Below are positions 8,885 through 17,695 of a stretch of DNA of 47,100 bases, one piece after another. The position numbers and the translations under genes are program-made. A model generated the notes under the pieces. It was given only the letters and a program-made list of their open reading frames with translations, was not told the DNA's origin and ran no database searches. The stretch is taken from assembly GCA_031362295.1 (NCBI GenBank), contig JANLSG010000249.1:1-47100 (forward strand), given 5' to 3'. Every line of letters starts with the position of its first letter. Within the stretch, counting starts at the first letter, position 1. Source of the DNA: Chloroflexota bacterium (lineage in GTDB: Bacteria; Chloroflexota; Limnocylindria; Limnocylindrales; CSP1-4).

Positions 8885-10105
8885 GTGTCCATCGGCCGCA
8901 CGGATCGGCTCCGCCGTACCTTCGTGGCGCTCGAGGAGCGGGACTTCCGGATCTTCTGGCTCGGCCAGCTCATCTCGGTCACCGGCACGTGGATGCAGAC
9001 GGTCGCCCAGGGCTGGCTCGTCCTGACGCTCACCGGATCACCGTTCGTGCTCGGCGTGGCTGCCGCCGCGCGCTCGATCCCGGTGCTCATCCTGGTCGTT
9101 CCCGCCGGCATCGTCGCGGATCGGTTCGACCGGCGGAAGATCGTCGTGGCGACAAGCGTAGCCTCGACGATCGCATCCGGCGTGCTCGCCGTCCTGACCA
9201 TCGCCGGCACGATCGACATCTCGACCGTGCTCGTCATAGCCATCGTCCTGGGCATCTCGAACGCCTTCGAGATGCCGGCGCGCCAAAGCTACGTGTCCGA
9301 GCTCATCGGCAAGCGCGACCTTGCCAACGCCATCGCCCTGAACTCCCTCCTGTTCAACGGCGCGCGGGTCGTCGGGCCGGCGGTCGCCGGCATCCTCGTC
9401 GCCCTCGTGGGGCCGGGCTGGGCGTTCGGGATCAACGCACTCAGCTTCATCCCCGTGATCATCGGCCTCCTGATGATCAGCCGTGTGCATGTTCCCCGTC
9501 TCGGCATCGCGGCGCGCACGGCGGTGCCCGAGGCGATCCGGTATCTCCGTGGCGAGCCACGCGTCGCCTCGTTGCTGGCGCTCCTGGCCGCGCAGACGAT
9601 CTTCGCGTCCGGCCAGTTCATCCTCGGGCCGGCACTCGCACAGGACCTTGGGCAGGGTGCGGAGGGCCTCGGGGTGCTCCTGTCAGCTGCCGGTGCCGGT
9701 GCCGTCGTCGGTGGCCTGCGACTGGCCGCGACCGTCAACCGTGCAGAGCGATGGCGAGTCCTGCTCCTCGCGGGCGTGGCGCTCGCCGCCGGGCTCGTGG
9801 GCATCGGGATGACCCGGTCCTACCCCGTGACGCTGCTCTGCCTGGTCGTGACGGGCTGGGGCACGGTGACCTTCAACGCATCGTCCAACACGTTGATCCA
9901 GACGATCGTCCCGGACCGTCTTCGCGGTCGGATGATGAGCCTGTACACGCTCGTGCTGCTCGGGCTCATGCCGGTCGGGGGACTGCTGATGGGCGCGCTC
10001 GCGACCCGCTTCGGCTCGGCGTCGGCGATCGCCGTCGGCGGGTTGGCCTACGGCCTCATCGTGCTCGCCGCGTTCGGCGCATCGCGATCGCTGCGCAGAC
10101 TCTGA
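8885..10105 (+). CDS. MFS transporter (DHA3/MFS_3-like)
   Basis: RDFRIFWLGQLISVTGTWMQ, GIVADRFDRR, PARQS motifs. GTG at 8885 lies 7 nt after TAGGCT. Confidence 0.92.
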   Translation: MSIGRTDRLRRTFVALEERDFRIFWLGQLISVTGTWMQTVAQGWLVLTLTGSPFVLGVAAAARSIPVLILVVPAGIVADRFDRRKIVVATSVASTIASGVLAVLTIAGTIDISTVLVIAIVLGISNAFEMPARQSYVSELIGKRDLANAIALNSLLFNGARVVGPAVAGILVALVGPGWAFGINALSFIPVIIGLLMISRVHVPRLGIAARTAVPEAIRYLRGEPRVASLLALLAAQTIFASGQFILGPALAQDLGQGAEGLGVLLSAAGAGAVVGGLRLAATVNRAERWRVLLLAGVALAAGLVGIGMTRSYPVTLLCLVVTGWGTVTFNASSNTLIQTIVPDRLRGRMMSLYTLVLLGLMPVGGLLMGALATRFGSASAIAVGGLAYGLIVLAAFGASRSLRRL

Positions 10106-10125
10106 GCACGTCCTAGATTCCGCAC

Positions 10126-10620
10126 ATGCCCGAAACCCGCTCCCGCATCGACACCCCGGTGGATGCCCGCGACCTGCCCGGCGACTTCGCCCACCGCCAC
10201 GAGGTGGAGGTGCGCCTGGCGGACACGGACGCGATGGGCCACGTCAACAACGCGAACTACCTCACGTACGTTGAGATCGCCCGCGTCGCCTACTACGAGG
10301 GGGTGACCGGCAATGCGCTGCCGATCGGCACCCACGGCGCGGAGGAGGGGATGATCCTCGCCGAGATCCGGATGACCTATCGCAGCCCCGCGTTCTACGG
10401 CGAGACCCTCACCGTCGAGACGCGGGTCGAGCGAATCGGGCGGACGAGCTTCGGCATGGTTCACCGAGTCACCGCGCCGGAGAGCCGCTACGGACCAGGG
10501 CGCCTGATCGCCGTTGCCGATTCGACGCTGGTCGCCTACGACTACCAGGCCGAGTGCCCCATCCAGGTGCCCGACGAATGGCGGGCCGCGATGGATGCCT
10601 TCGAGGGCCGGACGCTCTAG
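10126..10620 (+). CDS. Acyl-CoA thioesterase (4HBT/YbgC hotdog fold)
   Basis: VRLADTDAMGHVNNANYLTYVEIAR motif. Confidence 0.92.
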   Translation: MPETRSRIDTPVDARDLPGDFAHRHEVEVRLADTDAMGHVNNANYLTYVEIARVAYYEGVTGNALPIGTHGAEEGMILAEIRMTYRSPAFYGETLTVETRVERIGRTSFGMVHRVTAPESRYGPGRLIAVADSTLVAYDYQAECPIQVPDEWRAAMDAFEGRTL

Positions 10621-10629
10621 ACCGGAGTC

Positions 10630-11904
10630 TTACGCGGTGAACTTCCGAAAGATCGCGACGGCGTTCTGTCCGCCGAAGCCGAAGCCGTTGATCATCGCGG
10701 TCTCGACGGGCACCTTGCGCTTGACGTTCGGGACGTAGTCGAGGTCGCAGTCCGGATCGGGCTCGTGGTAGTTGATCGTGGGCGCGACCCAGCCATCGCG
10801 GATGGCGCCGACCGCGGCGATCGCCGACAGCGCGCCTGCTGCGCCGAGGGTGTGCCCGACCATCGACTTGGGCGACGAGATCGGCAGCTTGTAGGCGTAG
10901 TCGCCGAATGCGCGCTTGATGGCGCGGGTCTCGGTCACGTCGTTGAGCGGCGTGGACGTGCCGTGGGCCACGATGTGGTCGATCTCGTTCGGCGCAAGGC
11001 CGGCATGGCGCATGGCCTTGGTCATCGCCATCGAGGCACCCCGCCCGGTCGGCTCGGGGGCAGAGATGTGGTACGCGTCGGCGGTGAGCGCCGCCCCCAC
11101 GATCTCGGCCAGGATCGGTGCGCCGCGCTTGAGCGCATGCTCAGCGGATTCGACCACGAAGACCCCGGCTCCCTCGCCGTAGACGAAGCCATCACGGGTG
11201 CGGTCGAAGGGCCGCGAGGCGCCCTCGGGATCGTCGTTGCGCCTGGAGAGCGCGGTCATGTTCGAGAGGGCGGCGAAGGCCATCGCGAGCAGCGGCGCTT
11301 CTGATCCTCCGGCAAGCACGATGTCGCACTCGCCGGACGCGATCAGCCGCAGCGCGTCCTGGTACGCGATCACGCCCGAGGCGCAGGCCGCGACCTGCGT
11401 GATGACCGGCCCGGTGATGCCGTAGTTCATCGAGACCTGGGCCGCCGCCATGCTGCCCGAGAGGGCCGGGATCGCGAACGGGCTGACCTGCCCCGGCCCC
11501 TTGTCGCGGATCGTGTCCGCGCCATTGATCACCATCTCCATGCCGCCGCCGCCGGTGTTGATCACGACCGCCGCACGGTCGCGCTGCTCGGGCGACATCG
11601 CCGCGAAGTCGAGGCCGGAGTTGCGCACCGCCTCCGCCGCCGCGGCGACGCCGAAGTGGATGAACCGGCTCATCCGCCGGACCATCTTGCGATCCATCGT
11701 CAGCAGCGGGTCGAAGTCCTTGACCTCCGCCGCGATCTTCACGTCGTGGCCGGTCGTGTCGAAGGTGGTGATCGGGCCGCCGCCGGGCTTGCCGGCGAGC
11801 AGGTTGGACCAGTACGTCTCGACGTCGTTGCCGATCGGCGTGACCGCGCCCATGCCGGTCACGACGGCGCGTCGCGAAAGGTCAGGACTGGGCACGAAGT
11901 TCAC
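10630..11904 (-). CDS. fabF: 3-oxoacyl-ACP synthase II
   Basis: VVTGMG, catalytic AACASG, AHGTST, KSMVGH, NGFGFGGQN. Confidence 0.93.
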   Translation of the reverse strand: MNFVPSPDLSRRAVVTGMGAVTPIGNDVETYWSNLLAGKPGGGPITTFDTTGHDVKIAAEVKDFDPLLTMDRKMVRRMSRFIHFGVAAAAEAVRNSGLDFAAMSPEQRDRAAVVINTGGGGMEMVINGADTIRDKGPGQVSPFAIPALSGSMAAAQVSMNYGITGPVITQVAACASGVIAYQDALRLIASGECDIVLAGGSEAPLLAMAFAALSNMTALSRRNDDPEGASRPFDRTRDGFVYGEGAGVFVVESAEHALKRGAPILAEIVGAALTADAYHISAPEPTGRGASMAMTKAMRHAGLAPNEIDHIVAHGTSTPLNDVTETRAIKRAFGDYAYKLPISSPKSMVGHTLGAAGALSAIAAVGAIRDGWVAPTINYHEPDPDCDLDYVPNVKRKVPVETAMINGFGFGGQNAVAIFRKFTA

Positions 11905-11988
11905 CTCGGCTGTTGCTCATTGCGCCGGCGCGGGGATTGTATCCGTGCTGCGGGAGCGAGCCCGGACGAAGGAGCGTGCCCGTCGGTG

Positions 11989-12173
11989 TCTCCCATCCCT
12001 GGAAATTGATGAAATTCGCTGCATCACCGCGACCGACGGCACGATGGGGGCAACGTCGAGGGGAGCGCGGGGCAAGCGCCCGATAAGCCAGCGATGACCG
12101 CCTCGATGTCAAATGAACCCATGCAGCTCGACCCGTTTGATGCATCGAATTTCATCGAATCCGGCGCGGGAGA
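11989..12173. repeat. Imperfect ~40-bp inverted repeat pair
   Basis: Core TTGATGAAATTCGCTGCATCA (12006-12026) matches the reverse complement of 12138-12158 at 19/21. Outer TCTCCC (11989-11994) pairs with GGGAGA (12168-12173). Confidence 0.8.
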
Positions 12174-12576
12174 TAGTGAGGCCAGTGAGTCCGAGCTCGG
12201 CCTGAGCGGGGATGTTGACATCAGTGAGTGGACCGTGCCCGTTGAGCTGGAGCCCACGCTCACAGTTGAGGAGCGATTCGGACGGTCTGTGCTGCGGCTG
12301 CGGTTGTATCGGGGCTGGTCGCAACGTGACCTGCAGCGCACTTGCGGCGTGCATCAGTCCCAGATATCCAGGTTGGAATCGGGCCGCCAACGCGGCATGT
12401 CGATCCGCCGCCTCTTCGCGATCCTTCGGGCGCTCCACGTCGATGAAATCGCGCTCCTCCCGGAGACGCCGGCGTCGCCGCCAACTGCTCTCGAGCTGAT
12501 GCTCTGGGGCGATCCGTGGGAGCGAGCCGGGCGCGCTACGGATCGACGAAGCGTCAATCGCCGTCGTAGCGCTTGA
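12094..12576 (+). CDS. XRE-family helix-turn-helix protein
   Basis: LRLRLYRGWSQRDL...VHQSQISRLESG is an XRE HTH. Start is uncertain (12094, 12106, 12121 or 12235). 3' end overlaps the second fabF by 23 nt. Confidence 0.75.
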   Translation: MTASMSNEPMQLDPFDASNFIESGAGDSEASESELGLSGDVDISEWTVPVELEPTLTVEERFGRSVLRLRLYRGWSQRDLQRTCGVHQSQISRLESGRQRGMSIRRLFAILRALHVDEIALLPETPASPPTALELMLWGDPWERAGRATDRRSVNRRRSA

Positions 12577-13828
12577 AGATCAGGGCGCCGTTGTGCCCGC
12601 CCAGCCCGATGTTGTTGGAGAGCGCGTAGCGGAGCGGCATGCGCGCCGTCTCCGGCATGACCCACAGGTCGCAGGCGGGGTCGGCGTCGCGGTAGTTCAG
12701 CGTGCCGGGGACGGTCTGCTCGGCGATGGACTTGACCGTCGCGAATGCCTCGAACGCGCCGGCCGCGCCCATCATGTGGCCGGTCATCGACTTGGTGCCG
12801 GAGATCGCGAGCGAGCGCCGGGCGCCTGCCGACCGATCGCCGAACACGGCCCAGATCGCCTCGGCCTCACGGGCGTCGCCGACCGGTGTCGAGGTGCCGT
12901 GCGGGTTGATCATGTCGACCTCATCGGCGGGGACGCCGCGACGGTCGAGCGCCATCTGCATTGCCCGCGCCGAACCGATCCCGCCCTCGATCGGCTGGAT
13001 CATGTCCCAGCCGTCCGCCGCGGAGCCGTAGCCGATGACCTCGGCATAGATCTTCGCGCCGCGCTTCTTGGCAAGCTCGAGGTCCTCGAGGAACAGCGAG
13101 CCGGCGCCCTCGCCCAGGACGAAGCCGTTGCGCGTCGCGTCGAACGGGCGCGAGACGGTCTGGAGCGGCTCGCCCGGACGTGGCGACCCCATGCCCCGCA
13201 TGTTCGTGAAGCCCGCGTGCGCGACCTCGAGAAGGGGCGCCTCCGTGGAGCCGCTGATCACCGCGATGCAGTCGCCGCGACGGATCGCCTCGGCGGCCTC
13301 GCCGACGTTATGGGTCCCGGTGGAGCACGCGGACACGATCGCGATGTTGTGGCCGATCGCGCCCGTCTCGATGGCGATCATCCCGGACGTCGAGTCAACC
13401 AGGGAGTTGGCGATGAAGGTCGGCTGGACGCGGTTGGGGCCCTTCTGGATCAGTGTCGTGAAGTTCTCGATCATGAGCTGCTGGCCGCCGGCGCCCGACC
13501 CGAACACGACTCCGACCTCGGTGCGGTTGGCGTCCGCGATCTCGAACCCGGAGTCCGCAAGCGCCTGCTTCGCGGCGGAAACGCCGTAGTGCATCTCGCG
13601 CTCGCTGCGGCGCACGGCCTTCGGGTCCATCCACACCGCGGGGTCAAAGTCCTTGACCTCGCCGCCGGCCTTGTGCTCGTAGCCCGAGACGTCGAAGCGG
13701 GTCAGCTCCGCCAGGCCGGAGCGGCCCTCGACGAGGCTGGACCAGGCAGTAGCCACGTCGTTGCCGACGGAGCTCACGACACCGAGGCCGGTGACGACGA
13801 CGCGACGAGTGTGATCTGGGCTGCGCAC
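12554..13828 (-). CDS. fabF: 3-oxoacyl-ACP synthase II paralog (divergent)
   Basis: VVVTGLG, SACSTG, PHGTST, KSMTGH, SNNIGLGGHN. GTG at 13828 with SD AGGAG. Confidence 0.88.
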   Translation of the reverse strand: MRSPDHTRRVVVTGLGVVSSVGNDVATAWSSLVEGRSGLAELTRFDVSGYEHKAGGEVKDFDPAVWMDPKAVRRSEREMHYGVSAAKQALADSGFEIADANRTEVGVVFGSGAGGQQLMIENFTTLIQKGPNRVQPTFIANSLVDSTSGMIAIETGAIGHNIAIVSACSTGTHNVGEAAEAIRRGDCIAVISGSTEAPLLEVAHAGFTNMRGMGSPRPGEPLQTVSRPFDATRNGFVLGEGAGSLFLEDLELAKKRGAKIYAEVIGYGSAADGWDMIQPIEGGIGSARAMQMALDRRGVPADEVDMINPHGTSTPVGDAREAEAIWAVFGDRSAGARRSLAISGTKSMTGHMMGAAGAFEAFATVKSIAEQTVPGTLNYRDADPACDLWVMPETARMPLRYALSNNIGLGGHNGALIFKRYDGD

Positions 13829-13838
13829 GAGCGGGCTC

Positions 13839-14801
13839 CTATGCAGGGACGAGGAACGGGAGGTCGAAGGTCTCCGCGGCGAGGGCATCCTCGAGCGCCA
13901 GCGTCAACGCGTCGGGTGCGATTCGCTTCACGAGGTTGGTGAGGACCTTGCTGGGCCCGACCTCGACGAACGTGTCGACGCCGGCGGCGACCATGGTCTC
14001 GACGGCGCGGACCCAGTCGACGCCCGCGGTGAGGTGCTCCACGAGCTCGGCTCGGGCGCCGTCTGCGGTGGTGATGGCGCGCGCATCGGCATTGGCGAGG
14101 AGGGGCGCGCGCGGGTCGTGGAACTCGACGCCGGCGAGGATCGCGCGCATCGCGGCCGCGGCCTCGGTCATCAGCGGGGAGTGCGCCGCGACGGACACCG
14201 GCAGGACGATGGCTCGCTTGGCGCCGAGCGTCTTCGCGAGCTCGGTGGCGGCATCGATGGCGGCGCGCTCGCCGGACACCACGACCTGACCGGGCGAGTT
14301 GCGGTTGGCCACGGCGAAGACCCCGTGCGCCGAGGCCTTGCGGATGAGCTCCGGGATCGCCGCGTCGTCCAGGCCGAGGATCGCGGCCATCGCGCCGTCG
14401 CGTCCCGCGCCGCTCGCCTGCATCTGGATGCCGCGCTCGCGGACAAGCCGGACGCCGTCCGCGAGGTCGAGCGCACCGGCCGCGACCATCGCCGAATACT
14501 GGCCCATCGAGTGGCCCGCGGCGAAGCGCGGCTCGGGGAGTTCCATACCCGCCGCGGCGGCTCGTTCGCTGGCGGCCACGAGGTAGGCGATCGAGGTCGC
14601 GAGCAGGGCAGGCTGTGCATTCTCGGTCAGGTTCAGCCGGTCGTCCGGGCCCTCCCAGGCGAGCGTGGAGAGTGGCTCGCCGAGGGCGTCGTCCGCGGCC
14701 GCGAAGACCGCGGCGGCAGCCGGCGAAGCGGCGGCAACGGCGCGACCCATGCCGACGGACTGTGAGCCCTGGCCGGGGAAGATGAAGGCAACGTTACTCA
14801 T
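13839..14801 (-). CDS. fabD: Malonyl-CoA:ACP transacylase
   Basis: AFIFPGQGSQ, AQPAL, AGHSMG, VSVAAHS, EVGP. Confidence 0.95.
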   Translation of the reverse strand: MSNVAFIFPGQGSQSVGMGRAVAAASPAAAAVFAAADDALGEPLSTLAWEGPDDRLNLTENAQPALLATSIAYLVAASERAAAAGMELPEPRFAAGHSMGQYSAMVAAGALDLADGVRLVRERGIQMQASGAGRDGAMAAILGLDDAAIPELIRKASAHGVFAVANRNSPGQVVVSGERAAIDAATELAKTLGAKRAIVLPVSVAAHSPLMTEAAAAMRAILAGVEFHDPRAPLLANADARAITTADGARAELVEHLTAGVDWVRAVETMVAAGVDTFVEVGPSKVLTNLVKRIAPDALTLALEDALAAETFDLPFLVPA

Positions 14802-14847
14802 GGGGCTCCCAAAGGTTGGCCGATCGGCAACCCGCCGAGCGTGGAAT

Positions 14848-14874
14848 GTGTGCGCGCGTGCACACGATCGTGCA
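14848..14874. promoter_or_regulatory. Overlapping palindromes in the fabD/MarR divergent region, candidate MarR operator
   Basis: GTGTGC-N6-GCACAC (14848-14865) and TGCAC-N6-GTGCA (14859-14874). Confidence 0.5.
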
Positions 14875-14894
14875 GAGCGCGATAGCATCTGGAC

Positions 14895-15455
14895 ATGCCG
14901 ACGCCGCCCGCGCGACCGAGAACGGTTCGCGCGATCGCACGCCGCTTCGAGGCGGACCTTGGAGCGTCGATTCTCGCTTCCGGCCCGCGGATCCCGAACG
15001 TCCGCCAGATCTCCGAGCGCGTGGCTATGGGCAGGGCACTCTGGCGAGACCTGGTCGTGGGCTTCGCCTCGCAGCTGGGGGAGCTCCGGCTCGGCTTCAC
15101 GCAACTGGCGGCGCTGTACGTGCTTGCCGATGGCAGCACCACCACAGTCGGCGAGCTCGCAGAGGCGCTGGGGCGGTCACCTTCGGCCACGAGCCGGCTG
15201 GTCGATGGGCTCGTGCGGCGCCGGCTCGTGGAACGCCGGGCGGAGCCGGAGGATCGGCGTCAGCGATCCGTGGCGCTGACCCAGCGCGGGCAGGCGATCC
15301 TGCGCGCGGTCGACCGGGCGCGCGCGGATCAGTTCCTGAACACGGTTCGCCCGATGCCCACGCCCGAGCGCGCCCTGGTGGCGATGGGGGTGGCGGCGCT
15401 CGCGACCCACGCGATCTCGAAGCGCGGCCGCCTCATCAAGGGGCAGGCGCGCTAG
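14895..15455 (+). CDS. MarR-family transcriptional regulator
   Basis: TVGELAEALGRSPSATSRLVDGLVRRRLVER..DRR...LT..G winged-helix pattern. Confidence 0.92.
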   Translation: MPTPPARPRTVRAIARRFEADLGASILASGPRIPNVRQISERVAMGRALWRDLVVGFASQLGELRLGFTQLAALYVLADGSTTTVGELAEALGRSPSATSRLVDGLVRRRLVERRAEPEDRRQRSVALTQRGQAILRAVDRARADQFLNTVRPMPTPERALVAMGVAALATHAISKRGRLIKGQAR

Positions 15456-15462
15456 TCGCGAT

Positions 15463-16005
15463 CTAGGCCGGGTTCATCCGCCGATAGACGGCCGCCGCGC
15501 CGAACAGCACGACCAGCGTGATGACCAGGATCGCCGCGCCGATCAGCTTGTTCTGCGTCGGCACGCCATCGTGCGACTCGCCTGGCGACGCGGCCGGCGG
15601 TGGCGACTGGCCGGGCGCCAGGACGACGACCGTGCCGGTCATGTCGACGGGGTGGACGACGCAGTAGTAGGCGTACGTGCCGGCCTTGTCGAACGTGAAC
15701 GAGAAGGTGCCGTTGTTATCCTTGAGCTTCGCGAGGTCCGGATCGGTCTTCTGCGAGTCGAACACGGAGCCCTTGTCCGCGTCACCCGACTTGCCGGAGG
15801 TGACGGAGTGCGGCTCACCGATCGACTTCGTGACCGTCCACGTGACCGTGTCGCCCTGCGCGACCACGATCTGCGCCGGATCGAAATGCTTGTCGGCGAT
15901 GCTCACGTTGATCGTCGCCGCGAGCACGGGCGAGATCGCCGCGGCGGCAACCACCAGGAGAGCGGCCACGAGGCCGAGGCGCCGGAACCGGTGCACGAAC
16001 GTCAT
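15463..16005 (-). CDS. Exported cupredoxin (plastocyanin/azurin-like) with C-terminal membrane anchor
   Basis: Signal peptide. FDPAQIVV..GDTVTW, PHSV, YYCVVHPVDM give the type-1 Cu ligands H, C, H, M. C-terminal TM helix. ATG at 16005 overlaps the upstream stop (ATGA). Confidence 0.88.
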   Translation of the reverse strand: MTFVHRFRRLGLVAALLVVAAAAISPVLAATINVSIADKHFDPAQIVVAQGDTVTWTVTKSIGEPHSVTSGKSGDADKGSVFDSQKTDPDLAKLKDNNGTFSFTFDKAGTYAYYCVVHPVDMTGTVVVLAPGQSPPPAASPGESHDGVPTQNKLIGAAILVITLVVLFGAAAVYRRMNPA

Positions 16006-17435
16006 CCGCAAAACCTCCGCACGGCATCGTAGAGGACCGGCAGCCCCCAGCGCAGGCCCTCGACCGAGACCCGCTCGTCGATCCCGTGATAGCGATCCAG
16101 GTACGTCTCGCCAGGTGGCTGGCGCAGCGGCGAGAAGCCGAACGTGGGCACGCCCAGCCCGAGCAGGTGCTTTGCGTCCGTTCCGAACGGCGCCATGACC
16201 GGCAGGGGCACGCCCTCGGGATCGTGGTCGCGGATCGTCGCCGCGAGGATCGGAAAGAGCCCGTCGGGGTCGTCGTACTCGGCGACGACGGCATCGGTCG
16301 CGATGATGAGCTCGACCTCCGTGCGGGCCGCGAGCTCGGGCCCCAGGCGGTCGATGATCCGCGCGTGCATGTCGGTCTCGGACGTCCCGGGCAGGCGCCG
16401 GCAGTCGATCTCGAGCACCGCGGTGCCGGGGATGACGTTGTACTTCACGCCGGCGTGGAGGACGTTGGTCGACAGGGTGTCGCGGAGCATCGCGTCGAGC
16501 GCGCGTCCGTAGACCGGCGACAGCAGCGCGGCGAGCCGCCCCGCGGAGATCCCGGTCTTCCCGGCCACGCACGTCTGGAGCAGCCGCGCCGTCCGTGGCT
16601 CGGTCGCCTCGAGCGCCTCCGCCGCGCCCTCGAGGAAGCGCCGCGTCACGTCGGTGAGGCGCGTGCGCTCCGGCCGGGCGAGCCGGCGAACGCCCTCGGC
16701 AGCCAGGACGATCGCGTTGTCCGTGCGCGGCATGGACCCATGGCCCCACGTGCCGCGGAACGTGAGGCGATAGGTCGTCACGCCCTTCTCCGCGACCTGG
16801 ATCGGATAGAGCCGCCGGCCGCGCACGTCGACCGCGACGCCGCCGGCCTCGTTGATCGCGGCAGCGGCCTGGAGATGCTCCGGGTGCTCCATTACCAGCC
16901 AACCGGCACCCGCCAGCCCGCCGGCCTCCTCGTCCGCCGTCGAAGCGAACAACACGTCGCGCCGAAGGCCGGGGACGGGATCCGACGCGGGATCACGACC
17001 GGCGGCACGCGCCTCGCCGGCGAGCAGGCGCATGACCTCCAGCTCCATCGCCGTGAGGTCCTTCATGTCGACTGCGCCGCGGCCATAGATCCAGCCGTCG
17101 GCGAGGTCGGCTTCGAAGGGCTCGTGCGTCCAGCCGTCGAGCGGCGCCGGCACGACATCCAGGTGCGAAAGGAGGAGGAGCGGCGGGCCGCCGGTACCGT
17201 CGCCGCGGAGCCTGGCAACCACGGAGCCGCGCCCGGGGACGGGCTCGTAGACCGTCGCGGGGACGCCCACATCGCGAAGGGCGCCGGCGAGGAACCTGGC
17301 GGCATCAAGCTCGGGTCCCGCCGGATCGGGCGGGTTGATCGAGGGGATGCGGATCAGGTCGCGCAGCGACTCGACCAGGCGGTCGTGGGCGAGCGCCCAG
17401 CCCTGGGCGGTGATCGCGTCGGAGGCGAGGACCAT
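16002..17435 (-). CDS. M20/M25/M40 family metallopeptidase/deacylase
   Basis: SHLDVVP, GRGAVDMK, ADEE, GHGS, NVIP, GTDA, HGIDER. Confidence 0.92.
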   Translation of the reverse strand: MVLASDAITAQGWALAHDRLVESLRDLIRIPSINPPDPAGPELDAARFLAGALRDVGVPATVYEPVPGRGSVVARLRGDGTGGPPLLLLSHLDVVPAPLDGWTHEPFEADLADGWIYGRGAVDMKDLTAMELEVMRLLAGEARAAGRDPASDPVPGLRRDVLFASTADEEAGGLAGAGWLVMEHPEHLQAAAAINEAGGVAVDVRGRRLYPIQVAEKGVTTYRLTFRGTWGHGSMPRTDNAIVLAAEGVRRLARPERTRLTDVTRRFLEGAAEALEATEPRTARLLQTCVAGKTGISAGRLAALLSPVYGRALDAMLRDTLSTNVLHAGVKYNVIPGTAVLEIDCRRLPGTSETDMHARIIDRLGPELAARTEVELIIATDAVVAEYDDPDGLFPILAATIRDHDPEGVPLPVMAPFGTDAKHLLGLGVPTFGFSPLRQPPGETYLDRYHGIDERVSVEGLRWGLPVLYDAVRRFCG

Positions 17436-17695
17436 CAGCCCGAGCCCAGCAGGAAGTCGAAGCCGAGCAGCTTGGCGACGATGCCCAGCACGAAGCCCGC
17501 CAGGATCACGATCACGATCATCGCGATGAGCAGCCGCACGTAGCGACCCTCGGCGCGCCGGGTGGCCTCGATCTCCGGGTCCTCGCCCCCGGCGATGTAC
17601 GGCGCCGCCAGGCCACGGGCGCGTGCCTGCGTCGCGCGTGGTGAGTCGTAGGCGTCCGGATCGGGCGGCAGCTGGTCTGGCGACTCCTCGACCAT
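17435..17695 (-). CDS. Small membrane protein
   Basis: One C-terminal TM helix. 1-nt start/stop overlaps with both neighbours. Confidence 0.8.
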   Translation of the reverse strand: MVEESPDQLPPDPDAYDSPRATQARARGLAAPYIAGGEDPEIEATRRAEGRYVRLLIAMIVIVILAGFVLGIVAKLLGFDFLLGSG

